Below, piece after piece: positions 62,809 through 64,000 of a stretch of DNA of 64,000 bases (position 1 is the stretch's first letter; every line of letters starts with the position of its first letter). The notes below the pieces were generated by a model that was not told where the DNA came from, searched no databases, and saw only the letters and a program-made list of their open reading frames with translations. Source of the stretch: Antedon mediterranea (taxonomy: Eukaryota; Animalia; Echinodermata); contig NC_092670.1 of the NCBI RefSeq assembly GCF_964355755.1, positions 672,201 through 736,200 of the forward strand, in the 5' to 3' direction. The translations under genes were made by a program, and so were the position numbers.

Positions 62809-63186
62809 TATTCATCAGATTGCGTAGTAGTAGTAGGAGAGGACTGTCTACATCTTTTTGTATTTCATTATATATAAATATTACGTGTATTTACGATCCA
62901 TATAAATAATAATTATTAAGGTACGATGTTTAGCGTTCACAGTTGTTTCGTTTAGTTTCAAACAATGCGATCAAAAAAAGGCATGTGAAGCCAGGCCCAA
63001 CGGGTAAAGACCCTAACAACAGCAAGCACTTAGCAGCACTAAGGCGCAGCGGACGGAGAACACAGGTTACAAAAACAATTTGTTTGTAGGCCTTAACTAC
63101 AACTATTCATACACAGAGTGTTAACCACGGTAAAAAATCAAGCCAATGACATTATGTTGTAGAATATAAATTATTGTTATTTTCCG

Positions 63187-63198
63187 AGTTTCGATTTC
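63187..63198. promoter_or_regulatory. ISRE/IRF-E-like motif AGTTTCGATTTC
   Basis: Matches AGTTTCNNTTTC in a CpG-richer region 5' of RNF213. Motif match only. Confidence 0.4.
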
Positions 63199-63558
63199 TG
63201 AAGCTTTTTTGTTAGTATAATCCATATTCATAAGAATTCAAAACACGGACGGACGCCGACCCCTCTCTCTCTCTCTCTCTGTTTAGCCTTCTGCACGTGT
63301 ATTGTGGACTATACCATTTCCTTGAGTTCGGTAAAAACGCGTTTGTTAATTTAGTGTACGACGTCGTTAAACAAGATTTTTCGATGATCTGTCGGCTGGA
63401 TTATTGAGGTGGGTGCGATAAAATATAAATATAATATACTTCCAACGATCTTCGGGTTGAGGTACCGGTTTAACTTTAGTACTAAAAGTTGACACCCCTA
63501 ATTTTACACGTATAATGGAATGGACTACACCATGCAGGAACGCACATGGTATTTTCAT

Positions 63559-63690
63559 ATCAGAGGGTGCGTGTACGTCAAAAGGAATTGTTTTTCCAAC
63601 GACCGATCCTTCGTACTCACACGTACGACGACGTCGTGTGAAATTTCTTATCAGAGGGTGCGTGTGCGTCAAATGGAATTGTTTTCCCAA
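63559..63690. repeat. ~42-bp direct repeat pair
   Basis: tatcagagggtgcgtgt(a/g)cgtcaaa(a/t)ggaattgtttt..caa at about 63559 and 63649. Confidence 0.75.
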
Positions 63691-64000
63691 TGTGTATTGA
63701 ATCGCGTGTGTTTGTTGATCGGATCGGCGCGGCGGGAGGATAGGCTGGCTAGGACAAGGAGTGCGTGTAATTTTCTTTTCAACGAAGGCGGCTAGCTCGA
63801 TTATTGAGGCGGGGGTGGTGCGACTTTAATACTTTCAGTGACCTCCGATCGAGGAACGTTTTTAGCTTTATTATTAAAAGTGTACACCCCTGTATTTTAA
63901 TGTACTATCTATACCATTATTTACCACGCACGGCGGCCGGGACGATATTGTTTTGGTTATATAAATATGTTCGATGTTTTCTCTAAATGCGTTTAGGGAA

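Overview
AT-rich, intron-dense animal genomic DNA, probably a marine invertebrate (taxon is inference only). Almost the whole window is one minus-strand gene, an RNF213/mysterin orthologue. Its ATG is at 61079 and its stop at 6136-6138, and I count roughly 85-90 GT-AG coding exons by eye. In order it encodes N-terminal Cys fingers, a CBM20-like domain, the stalk, the AAA+ core with intact AAA3/AAA4 Walker motifs, a C3HC4 RING, an RZ finger and the CTD. A TRIM-NHL-like gene with an intronless CDS (B-box, coiled coil, filamin, NHL, no RING) is nested antisense in a 3' intron and carries an in-frame TAA in its last NHL blade. The most unusual structure is a ~56-copy 59-bp minisatellite built from the 3' end of an RNF213 exon plus its splice donor, so the intron is filled with CAG|GTAAAC sites. 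Two other donors in the gene are also locally duplicated. The introns hold a Helentron-like element, Penelope-like retroelement fragments with inverted pLTRs and hammerhead-like cores, LINE fragments, SINEs and several MITEs. ISRE-like and NF-kB-like motifs lie upstream of the first coding exon. All comparisons to human RNF213 are from memory, not from an alignment run.
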